64,000 nucleotides of DNA, from contig JAQGDQ010000061.1 in the NCBI GenBank assembly GCA_030141605.1, positions 669,685 through 733,684 of the forward strand, given 5' to 3'. The notes beneath the pieces are model-generated. The model saw only the letters and a program-made list of their open reading frames with translations, did no database searches and was not told where the DNA came from. Of the stretch, positions 52,710-64,000 are shown piece after piece. This stretch comes from Tubiluchus corallicola (lineage: Eukaryota > Animalia > Priapulida). Position 1 is the stretch's first letter. Each line of letters starts with the position of its first letter. The translations under genes were made by a program, and so were the position numbers.

Positions 52710-53235
52710 TTATGCCTATATACCTATGTTTGTCTATGGCTTGGTCTATGCCCATGTCCATGAACACCTCCAGTAAATTTACGTCTATGCCAAGTCGAAG
52801 TCTATACTATGTCTACGTCCATGTCTAAGCAAAAATTTACGTCTATGTCTATATCTATATCTAAGTTTGTGCTCTAGGTCTACGTCTGTGTCTTTGTATG
52901 TATGTACATAAATTCCTATGCTATGTCCATGTACACGTAAAGCCTAAGTTTACGTATATGCCCATATCTAAGTCAGTGTTATGTCTGTGTCTATGTCTAT
53001 GTCTTTGTATGTATGTATACAGATTCCTATGCTATGTCCATGTACACGTAAAGCCTAAGTTTACGTATATGCCCATATCTAACTCAGTGTTATGTCTGTG
53101 TCTATGTCTATGTCTTTGTATGTATGTACATAGATTCCTATGCTATGTCCATGTACACGTTAAGCCTAAGTTCACGTATATACCCATATCTAAGTCAGTG
53201 CTTTATGTCAATGTTTATGTCTACGTCTGTATCTA
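52710..53235. repeat. Degenerate (TATGTC)n array with a 111-bp higher-order unit x3 (starts at 52889, 53000, 53111)
   Basis: Read directly; units near-identical. Confidence 0.9.
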
Positions 53236-54414
53236 GCTCAGGCTGCTGATCAAAAGTAATGAATCATTTATAACTCGCTTTGCATCACAAATGGGTTAAT
53301 TACATTGGCTTGAATGATTATAAGAGTTAATATGCTGCGTGTTTTGGCCACATAAATATATCACAGTATGTAGGTATACAGGACGGTTTTATATGATATT
53401 AGATTAAATTTTACAGAATACAAATGTAGAACAATTATAATGAAAGCAATTTTTAAACTGAAACTGTTATGCAGGAGGCAGGAGCCGCAAGCGATCAAGA
53501 GACCAAAGGTTCTAGTGGTCAAGATATTCAACCTGTGGTGTCTTCAAATGGTGTGCCCGAAGTTCATTAAGCCAAAGTCTGCTTTCGAAAAAGTAATAAT
53601 TGTGGATTACTTCCGATTTCCAAGACCGTGCGTGGTGCAAATAAATTTTAATTTTATGTAAAAATTGAGCCAACAAGGATAATACGTAGCTCCTTGAATC
53701 TAAAAAAAACTGATGACAAGTAACACTCTAAACTTTCTTTTTTTGCTCGAGGCTATTATAGATCACTAATACAAACTCCCATGGAGAGACTTCACGCAAG
53801 AAATTTATGTCTGTCGTGTTAAGATAAACGTGTCGTGAAGATAGAATAATAAAGACCAACCACTGATTATGATCAATACAATACACAGCTAGACACCCAG
53901 GGGTGGGATTAATGGATAATTGCAGTCGCGAATATATCCTTGAAGAAAGATGTGTGCCGGAATAATGATCTAACCGCTTTATACTTCAACAGGCTGCTGA
54001 GGGGCAAGCACTGAAGTAGTATATCATTCCCTCTGTAACACTGAACTCGTGTAAATTGGTGTGAGCTCCACATAATGATGACTATAGTCAAAAGTAAAAA
54101 CAAGTGTTTGCGCTTCAAAATTTTATATACCGGTGTTGCAACAGTCCAATTCGACTATTAGCTAACAAACACAGCTGCAAAAGTCACGTCACTTTGTGGG
54201 GTCCATCTGTACTGAAGAAATTTGAGAAACTTGCGTGTGGCCTTCAGATTAGTACAATCTGCCCAAACTATTAAAAACTTACAAAAACAATATACACACA
54301 ATAAATCTTTCCAAAAACCAATATTTCACACAAGAATTGACAGTAACATATCGATGGACAAGATTAAATTTCTTTTTTTATACAGTTAGGCATACAACAA
54401 AATGGAATTCAACG

Positions 54415-54570
54415 CTAAATAACAAGGTTTACTTAACGTTAGGTGGTAGCGGCAGGACCAGAGTCTAGTCCATTTTCAAGAATAATCACCTGAGATGGGA
54501 CACTGAACCAGCAAAGGAGTTTCACTTACGTTCGGTTGCTAAGCCGACACTGTAACCACTCGACTATTCC
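54415..54570 (-). mobile_element. Degenerate tRNA-derived SINE
   Basis: Minus strand TAGTCGAGTGGTTACAGTGTCGGCTTAGCAACCG...GGTTCAGTGTCCC (A box, anticodon-like arm, degenerate B box). Confidence 0.45.
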
Positions 54571-57500
54571 TCGTTGGTTTGGAAGTTGGCCTCGACGTGC
54601 AGTTTTTCTGCAAATGTCGTTAAAGGATTCGCACGAAAGCCAAATATAGCAGCTGCGCGAATTCAGCGGTTACACTTGTAAAACAGCTGATCTCTAATTG
54701 AACTATTAAGACACAAAAATGCATAGTTAATGAACATAGAAGTGAATATGCATAGTTTATGAATATACGACACCGGAACACCACTAAAGATAAATAGTTC
54801 CTTGCGCGTGCTCTCGAATGTCTTTCTTTCAAACTATGCAGGCTAACCCTCGTGCCTTATTGCATAAGCCTCGGCTCGGGAAGATAAGGAGCTAAACAAA
54901 TTGACAAAGAGGCGGTCAATTCGCCAATTGTTTGCAGAGATGAGTGAAGAGATACTAAACTGACAAATTCACTTCACGAGAGTCTCTAAAACAAAGATCG
55001 CTGGCAAACGAAGATTTAGACTGAATCAAAGAAGTCAGAAAGAGGGCGGATCTAGAAACGCGGGGGAACCATTTTACTTGTATGCAAGTACGACACCGAT
55101 TCTTAACGTTTTTTACTCCATGTACCATTTAATGCACGTCCTAACATTATTTCCTCACCATATCTCTTTCCAATACTCCAATATTTCGAATATTTAATAC
55201 ACTGCTCCTACACCCTTCCTGCCCTGTCAGAAATAAATATCATCCCTCTTTACCAAGGTTGTATAATTCTATATTGCGTAGTACATTCTATATTTACTTG
55301 GATTTATTTATAAAGATACAGGGAATATTTACAAATTTAATGGCAATATAGAATATATGCTGACGAAATCTAAAACTTAAATAGAACTCGGTTTTAATTA
55401 TGATTTGTGACCTTCAAAAATGCCCTGTACGTTATGCAGCAGGACATTATGTTACATCCATAATACTTTAGAAGGTGATCTAGGAGTAGAACAAATAAAA
55501 GACACTTTCTGAATGAATGCAACTGCTTCCCTTTTCCAACTGGAACGAGTAACTGAGCATTTTTCCATCTCTAATTTATAGCAATGGGTAATAAATAACG
55601 CCTAACCACTCACAACTGCCACACGCAATTGTTACTGTGATATCAGAAAACCTCGCCCCAATTTCACGGACAGTTTAGCGGCTTTGTGGTTTCACACAGA
55701 AAAAGCAATTAACTGTGCAGCTTCCGACAAACAGCTTCATATTACTGCGCCGTGAAATTCTAATTACTGCATCTGTGTCGCCTACAGCAAAATTAATCAA
55801 TCTCCAATCTAGATAAATACGTTAATGATAGATAAGATTGCTTCCTGGGATGCCAGCAGCCAAATGCAAGTAGGCAATACACAATCAAACCGCAAACCAT
55901 TAGACTCCACCGGCTGTTTTCACCTATAAAGCAAGACATCGAACATTTGCCTATTATCGTCCATTCGTCCATGTTTAGCTTTTGTTTGAAATCTCTAACA
56001 ATACAGTCTCTATCTACTCGACATTTTTAATAGTTTGTGCAAAATCTTAAATAAGTTCAAGAATTGAGAACGAACTATCTAACAATGAAGTGAACGCAAT
56101 TACAAAATTTTCTTCACTGAGCCCTGACTAAAAAGAGACGAAATGTAAAAAGTAGAAAATGATCCCGATTTTGAACAAGAAAGTCTTTTGCAGCGCTATG
56201 GTTACTAGACAGCAAAGCTCTCCTGCACTAAATAATATCAATAATTATTAGTTTAGTATTTAAAACCCGTTCATGCATACAGTCGATCATATGAATGTTG
56301 AAAACAGGACTTTAATTCTGTCAACTAAATTTACTTTTGTGACAAGAAGCTATACCTAGATGGCATTGTTATATATTTAATAGCGGGTCAACCCGTACAT
56401 AAGTATAGGCGTCCTTGTGGTTTAATCATTTACACAAAAAACGATCTAACAATTTTAATAGATACGCAGGTGGGTAGATGGTTTCACCACGTTTAGCAAG
56501 CGTACAACTTGACATAACTAGTATACCCCACATATACGCTGTATACTACATCTATGGATAGGTTAACTTATTCCGCTTCAAACAGCAACCATTAACATCT
56601 CAAATTCATCAAGTAACTCATATTTTATAATCGTACATTACATATGATTCAATATCCCAAGTATGCTTGCTATATGGTCAGTACTCAGCTAAATTAGAGG
56701 GATTGGGAATCAGTGTGATGAACTCTGCATACTTGACGGCAGGCTACACTTTCACATCTGTGTCCAATAAGAAGATTAGCACAAGCCTTTGTATAGGTCA
56801 CCGAAAACAAGAGTGTGACAAGAACATCCGAGAACTCATGAACAGAACAAAAACTTTCCTAGAATTTCGCATTAGCAATGAAAACCAACTAATTTAGCTG
56901 AATGAGTTCTTCCAGTTTTGTTATGAACCTTAATTAACTTTCCCGATAACTTTGTTAGTCCTCACAAGTCTTTCGTTTTGTCCACACACAAATGGATCTC
57001 TGTCTGATATGAAGCACAAAAGCGTCTTAATTACACGAAATCCACACAAAGCCAGCGTTAAAACCCAAGTGTCACAATGCGCTATCAACGTCTCTCCACA
57101 CATGCGGAACTGAAGCCAATGAAGGAAGGTTGCCAGGGAAGCCAAGCTGCAATGCCTGAAAGCACAACGCCTGAAGTAAGTATTTGATAGGCGTCTGCAT
57201 TGAGAAAATCACTGGATGCATAACAGACACGAATGAACGAGTAACGCGGGCACTGGCCTTTTCAAAATGTTCAACACGGCTTACTGTGAAGCACATTGTT
57301 TTTTCGAAAATAAAGCTCTGAGGCAGGTCCTTGCGAATTTCGAGGGTGCAAGTAATACTAGGGTAGCTCAATCTTAAACCATGCATGATCAACTGAACTA
57401 TATACTGTACCCACACGACTGTCCTGCATAACGTTTGATTATTCGTTGGGACAGACCAGAAGCTGAAGTGTTCAAATCACACGTCGATAAAATGTTGTGA

Positions 57501-60500
57501 TGTACCCTGTTATTGTCGTCGTTGTTGGTGTGACGCCTGTTTTTAATTTTGTTTAAAAAGGAACAGACGCGCCACACTAAAACGAATGCAGCGATCTCTG
57601 GGTTTACTTATTCATTTTCATCATCATCACCATATGCCAGTTATGTCGATTGTATACATTGGCCAGGAAGAACTCTAAAATAAAAGAAATATGCCCTCAA
57701 GGTAAACACAGCAGTTAATCCAGCTAAAAAACTAGACACCGCTATGCCAGTGGATTGTCAGCACCACTTGCAATAGTGGAAATCTCATTCACAAGTTGGA
57801 AAGAAGCCGCCTAGGCTGTAGTGCATCATACAAGCACTGCGTGCAAGCTGTATGAGCACTTACAAGAAGCCGACACTGGTACTTGACAACGTAGAATTAA
57901 CATTGGTACGTTGAAAAAACAAAGGTAACCTATTCATCAACCTAGAATCGCATAATTACATAAGATAATGCATAGCCTAATAGTAGTAGGCTAGATATGA
58001 CAATTATAGGAAGACAAAATCTATTTTTTGTGGTTTTACCTCAGCTATATCAAGTAGCCGACAAGTAAATAGCTTTCAATTGAAATAAAAAAGTATAAAG
58101 TCAAAAACAACTCTCTGAAGTCACGGAGTTCTGGTGAAAGATAATTACCGATATCTGACAAGGCAAACAACCATGCAAGCACAATAGAAGTGTTGAGGGA
58201 AGGTTCTGCTGAATTCCAAGATTTATAATTTAAAAAGCTTTGAGGACGAAGATTTACGAAGTTTTGGGTATTTAGGTCTGGTGAAAGATAATTGTCTATA
58301 TTGTCAACTAGGCCACAGATGATTGATGCAAATTTTACACGCAAATAGACAAGACTGCTAAACGCCCTCTTAGTGTACTTTTTGGTGTCTGGCTTCGTAC
58401 CACTGTAATGGTTTATCAAGGCCTCTATTTTTGTTAAACATCGCGAGTGGTTACAACAGACTAAATCGCTCCTTATCCTCTAGAAAAATGTAACCATTCC
58501 ACCCTGGTGATGCCAAACTGGATGTGTGTTTACAAAAAGATGATGGAAACTGTCTTCCAGACCAGAACGTGAAGAGGAAATACAGCTAAATATTGTGGGC
58601 GAGGCTGGGCTTATTAAATGGAGCTGTTTACTTAAAAAATAAAACAATTACACGCCAGTTGAAGATACCTAAAATGGCAAAAGTGTCGGTCGGTGAGCAG
58701 CAAATGTGGCAATGAGAGGGACGAATGAAAGAGGAAAAGAGAAAACCAGAGAAGCTGTGTCGATGTATTGGCACCAACGCCTTCGTCGTCACCGTTGATT
58801 TTGCAGCAGCAGTTTTCACATCGACACACTCTGGCGCCCTTTTCACTCATCTTCCCTATTTCTTTTTTTTCAATTTCTTCTTTCTCAAGCGGTTGCATTG
58901 TCATTTTTAGGTCGGCTTTAATACACGCAATTATAATTGAGTTACAGTGTTAAGTATAATTCCATGTATTAAAGCTGCTTAGTTGAGGGCTTTTAAAAAG
59001 GTCACACAGTTTAGGCCCCACCAGCCACACAGCTCAAATAAAAGCTTTAACCCCAGTATTATCACATTATGTTTCAGAGGGGCTGCAATTCTAGAATTAC
59101 CCAAATGTGGAAAGAAATTTTCCCATCTCACGGTAGTGCAGTAGCACCATTAGGTATAGTGTAAAAGCCACACTCAGGAACATATACGAGATAAGATCCA
59201 TTCAGTGGCACAAAAATCTATCTCAAATCTGATATCGAATTAACTTTACTCCCAGTAAACGAGCTCTTACGAAAATGCCAACAAGAGGTGAAGTATTTTT
59301 GCCCACTCTGCAAAACCACCAACTCTGCCATGCAGCTTGCGTATATATCTTACCAAATGTGATTTGATTATCTTCAGCTACCGACGTCTCTCCTGTCAAA
59401 TCCAGACACATCGACTTTTAAACGGCTCAAGTAGTTTGTGTATATTTCTCTCAAAAACATGGAAAAAGACGGCTTGCAACAAGCAAAACAATTTCTGCCC
59501 AAAATCTGACGTCTTTACAGTCGCCATTTTTCACTCAATCCGTTTAGGCTCTGGAATGATGAACGGCCGTCCATGTAAAATATTACAGGTTTGTCGGAAA
59601 AAGTGACGTAATTGAAATTTATGGTAGCGCCAAATTGATAAATTGGAAAATCATTTTGCAGCAGCAGAACCTTTCTAAATTTCACACAAGCACAAATGGT
59701 AAGACTAAATCCCCGGGCTGAAATTATGAATGTGGAATGGTTAATTATTAGCACTTTCACATTATGATATTCAAGATACTGTCGAATATAGTCGGCAACG
59801 TATTCTTTGATTATTTCGAATATCCGTCTCAGGCATTTTAATACATATTCTTGTAATAATGATGATTCTGATGAATCTTAATTTTTAGTACTATTTATAC
59901 GCACAATTTAGAACATGTATATTGTCTCTGATGAAACAAAGGCAGTACAATAACAAAAATTATTCAGTTGTGCTACTTAATTACTTCCTACTAGTATCAC
60001 TTGGAGTCCAGCTTCAAAGTTCCAAACCTCCTACTGGGCCACAAGTTCAAATCAAAGCACCACGTCTTCAGTTATTTTCAAATTTGCAAAAACGTTAAGA
60101 GATCAATTCATAAAACTCTAAACACAAAAATGAAAAATGTCGACAAAACGAAAAAAATTAAAAAAGATAAACGTAAGTAATGTGTCTGTCTAGTGATTAC
60201 TTAGGCCAGTCAGTCAGCCAGCCATCATCTAAGACGACTATCCACAATGGTTTAACAAAAACGGGATAATGCACTCAAAGTACATTTTACAGTCATGAAA
60301 TGGAAGCAATGAATAATTAATAGACTTCGCCACATCAGAGGCTGGGCACCCCTGATTCCGCCAGCGACGGCATAGTTTTAATCAAAGTTTAATGGAGAAA
60401 ATTTTACGAATATTAAAGATAACAGTCTATAAACTGATTCAATGATTAGCTGAAGCCTATCAATGTTTTTGCCTATAGTACTTGTATAGTTTAGTTTTTG

Positions 60501-61499
60501 CCTACAAAAGCAATTTGTCAAACGTTAAAAGTTAAAATCAGTTGTAAATCTTTCGTATTACTTTTGGATTGATAAAAATTATCACATTATCACTTGTCTG
60601 ATACATTTCAAAATCGCAATCCAGTAGGCGTGTACAAATTACAAGTTTCGTGACAGACTATTCATTATCAAAGTCTCAGAAATCAGAGCTTTAACATTAC
60701 TTGATTGTTACACAAAAAGACTATCAAAATGTTAGTAAGTGATCAAGAATAGTTTCCAGAACAGACTAAAACATACCTGGTTGTACGCCTTTAGTTCTTT
60801 ACATCCGGTTATAGGACGCACATTTGAAGGTGAATTCGAATAACTCACGCTGCGATCAACTAATATTTATCTAATGAAATTTAACGCAATTCACCATTAA
60901 TAGCAATACTAAAATGAACAATATGGTGATGGCTTGCCATTAACTTATAAGTTACCGATGGGTTGGTTGGAATATTATTTCATACACCCCTTCCTGGACT
61001 ACCTCTTTTGCAAACTTGTATAACCGGAACAGGTTATAATAATTCCTCCTGCAGACAGATGTGATCGACCTTTGACTGCTAGTATTAAACAGGTGGATTG
61101 ACTCTTTAGAAAAACAGTTTTAAGTTATATACGTGCCTGTCTAAAAGCTAACAGAAATTAAAACACATACAGATAACGCTAGCAGCTCAGCTAAAGATCA
61201 TATGTAAACGAAGGCATCTCTAGTTCTGGTGAGGATGTGGATGGATGATAGCAAACTATTTTGGCTTTACTTAATTTTTTACTGCCTTAGACTGGTAAAT
61301 CCTATTTGGACCGACAGCAGACTCGGTATTATGTAATAGTTAATAAATATAGACGTAGACACGGTCCAAATTTGTTCCCTAGCCAGTGTAACAGTGTACT
61401 AACAAGACTCGACGTTTATACATGAACATGTTTTGAATACCGAAGTACACCTAACAGAACAAGCAAAATCAAAACCTTATGATTAAAAAAAAACTTGCG

Positions 61500-61757
61500 A
61501 AATATGCAAGTGGTACGTTGGCTGCCAATCTAGGGATTGTGGGTTCGAATTCCTAGTACGTCTGGATTTTTCGAGCCATTTGTTATTCGAACAAGAGTCT
61601 CTGGCCGCTGTCTAGGCCTACTCAGCCATGAGTACCAGGAAAGAAAAAAGGAGGTAAATAACAACCTGTCCTCCTTGTGTTCGGAGGTTTCGAAAATGGA
61701 TGCTGCAACTTTTCATCCCAATGCTACACGTCTGGCATGGAGCCATTCTTTCTTTAA
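61500..61757 (+). mobile_element. tRNA-derived SINE with a Deu/Nin-like central core
   Basis: A-box-like CAAGTGGTA, B box GGTTCGAATTCC (61542-61553), core CTCAGCC-ATGAGTACCAGGAA...GGTAAA...ACAACCT...GAAAATG. Confidence 0.55.
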
Positions 61758-62898
61758 AGCCAAGCTGAATAAAAATGACTTTTCAGTAGAAAAATATTCT
61801 CATTTGGATCGAGTTAGCCAAAGCAAACAGTATAGTCCTATTCACTGAGATTTTATCAACACCAATCCATCCACCAGGATGGTTTGCACTTCACCACGTG
61901 GAATTCCTTGGAATTTCCGCTGCACCACTTCCGCCTAACGCCCCCCCCCCCCAAATACCACATTAAAACCAGCAGGGACTGTCGAACATCTGCTCCTCTT
62001 TAATTCCAGAATGTTAACGAGTTCTGATTTGAAGCCAGAAAGAGTTGCCAACTAGTCTAAATTAGAGCATTGAGGAAGTCCATTGGTGTCCCTTGCAAAC
62101 AAGGAGCAATTACAGCTTCTGATTTAAAGGAAGTGATAACGAGGTAGTATAATTATTATAAGGAATATTGGTGTGGTATGCATTATAAAACGATCATAAT
62201 ACATGTAAATTACACTGTTTTTGTTTAAATTATATATATGTAGTATATGTATCAAAATTCCACTATATTATGTATGAGATCCTTAACTTCAAGATCAAGA
62301 TAATCAAGAATTTATAATCATATTATAAAACAACTGGAAAAGCTCTTCCAGAGCCCACTAGTGATGCAAAAAGATGGCTATAAATTAAAATTGCGTATAA
62401 ACAAAACTGACATTAGATGAGGCGTTACATGAAAAGTCGATCACAGTTTATGCGCGTTTTATGCTAAGAACACAATTCAGATGCATAAGATACCATGAAT
62501 ATGTATAATGTGTATGTCTTGTACATTACATGTTATATAAACCAGTATGGCTGTACACCTTGTATATTTACTATTATACCATGCGTGCAATTAAGTCAAA
62601 ATCTCCATTAGAAGTCCATTAATCTAATTAGGACATTAGTGTTCATCGCTATGCTATCGTCATTTTCAAGTTGAATTAACACGTTTAATGGAGTTATGAC
62701 ACTCAGCGCGTCCTCGATGATTCACCTTTGACGTTGCGTGAAAATTTTTTACATATTTACAGCTGCTGTAGGTCAAATAACAAATGCATTTTTAGAATTT
62801 CTGTAAATTTGTATTTAGTACGAAACGATTTCTATATTCTGCAAAAAATCCATTTCTATATTCTATACGCACAGAAACAAAGACAATTTGTCAAAAGT

Positions 62899-62964
62899 GA
62901 TCACTGTTGACAGAGCAACGTTGGACTTGATTAGTAAATAGATGGGTGACTGTTGGAGAACACC
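62899..62964 (+). pseudogene. Degenerate 5S rRNA-derived fragment
   Basis: GATCAC...AGCAACGTTGGACTTGATTAGTAAATAGATGGGTGACTGTTGGAGAACACC follows the invertebrate 5S internal control region. Confidence 0.55.
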
Positions 62965-64000
62965 TATTCGGCTATCGATTCATTAAAAGAGGATGTAAAA
63001 TTTTGCAAACGCATCCGAATGTGGCGAAGATGCATCTCCCGGTTGAATATCACTTTTCAAAGGATTACCCTTAATAATGGACTATATTCCGGTCCTACCG
63101 CAACACCAAAACAAAAGGTATGCACTGCCAATAAGACCGAGTGAAGAAATTCCTCATAAAACTTTCAAGAATATAACGAAGAAAAGACGAATAAACAGCC
63201 GAGCAGAAAACGAACAAACAAACAAGCAGACAAACAAGCACATACAAACGCGATAACTTGAAATAGTTATAGACTTACAGAATTTATATAAATCACACAC
63301 ACACATTTTATAATTCATCTAAAACGACAAAAGTGCGAGAACAAAACGTGAAACAAATAGAAAAAGCATTGGCAATGTAAAAAACGGCCATTTACTGACA
63401 AAAACAAAGCACTGCTCTTGCTAGCATGTACTTTGCGGAATGGCACACACTAGCACAATCCATTGACAATGATTACCGGACACACATTACCCAAGTTTGC
63501 ATTCAACTTGAACTCTACAATCTGCATTGCAATACAGCTAGGTAGGTAAACCCATTCGACACAGTGGCAAACAGTGGCTAAGAGAAATTATTAGTAATAA
63601 AATGGTGTAATTTATGCAGCTATGCCAGCATGCAACTGTGACTGTCTTTTTCTCTGATCGTTACTCAATGATAAGGAAAAACTGTCCTCAGGAGGGAGAA
63701 CAAGTAAAGGCACCTTGACTAATAACAGGTGTGCAAAATGCACACGCCAATAAATTTAATGAACAAAGAAAAATATTCGCTTAGGGTTAAGAATTACATT
63801 TGCACAAGGAGCTGCAGGAGGCCAGCACCACTAATTATTTAAATCTTCTCTTATTTGATTTTAAATGTAAAAAACATTCACCTGGCTAGTACGTAATGGG
63901 CATTACACGCTGGGTAATGCGTATTTAATCATTTTCCAGGATTCTATAACTTACAATGGCCAAGTTTTGCTAATTCAAAATGATAAGTTGGAAGGATATT

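Noticed and set aside
52898-53236. 112-aa Cys/His-rich repeat protein
   Set aside because: Translation of a (TATGTC)-derived tandem repeat; no gene context.
58045-58419. 124-aa ORF with a repeated NYLSP motif
   Set aside because: Explained by a short local DNA duplication (TCTGGTGAAAGATAATT x2); no homology recognised.
4631-61757. Functional tRNA genes at the A/B-box sites (4800-4866, 32750, 40420, 47100, 47800, 54500, 61510)
   Set aside because: No complete cloverleaf or acceptor stem was evident; several continue into SINE-like bodies and tails.
38910-62964. Functional 5S rRNA genes
   Set aside because: Only partial, diverged matches to the internal control region.

Overview
AT-rich animal (invertebrate-type) nuclear DNA with spliceosomal GT-AG introns; it is not prokaryotic. 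Most of the window is one complete minus-strand Plexin-A gene. I reconstructed 33 coding exons from 46582 to 3784 with matching phases at every junction: 5856 nt, about 1951 aa, comprising signal peptide, Sema, PSI/IPT repeats, TM and a split RasGAP with RBD. At the left end, on the + strand, is the last exon of a DEG/ENaC (ASIC-like) channel gene converging on the plexin 3' end. Just upstream of that exon is a young non-autonomous PIF/Harbinger element (perfect 30-bp TIRs, TTA TSD) nested inside an older palindromic element. Introns and the 17-kb upstream region hold tRNA- and 5S-derived SINE remnants, a MITE family, fossil piggyBac and probable LINE ORF1 fragments, and tandem or simple repeats. 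I found no convincing wholly new multi-gene system. The best leads are an atypical DEG/ENaC selectivity filter (GSG), the nested Harbinger, and several splicing and translation-control oddities in the plexin gene.
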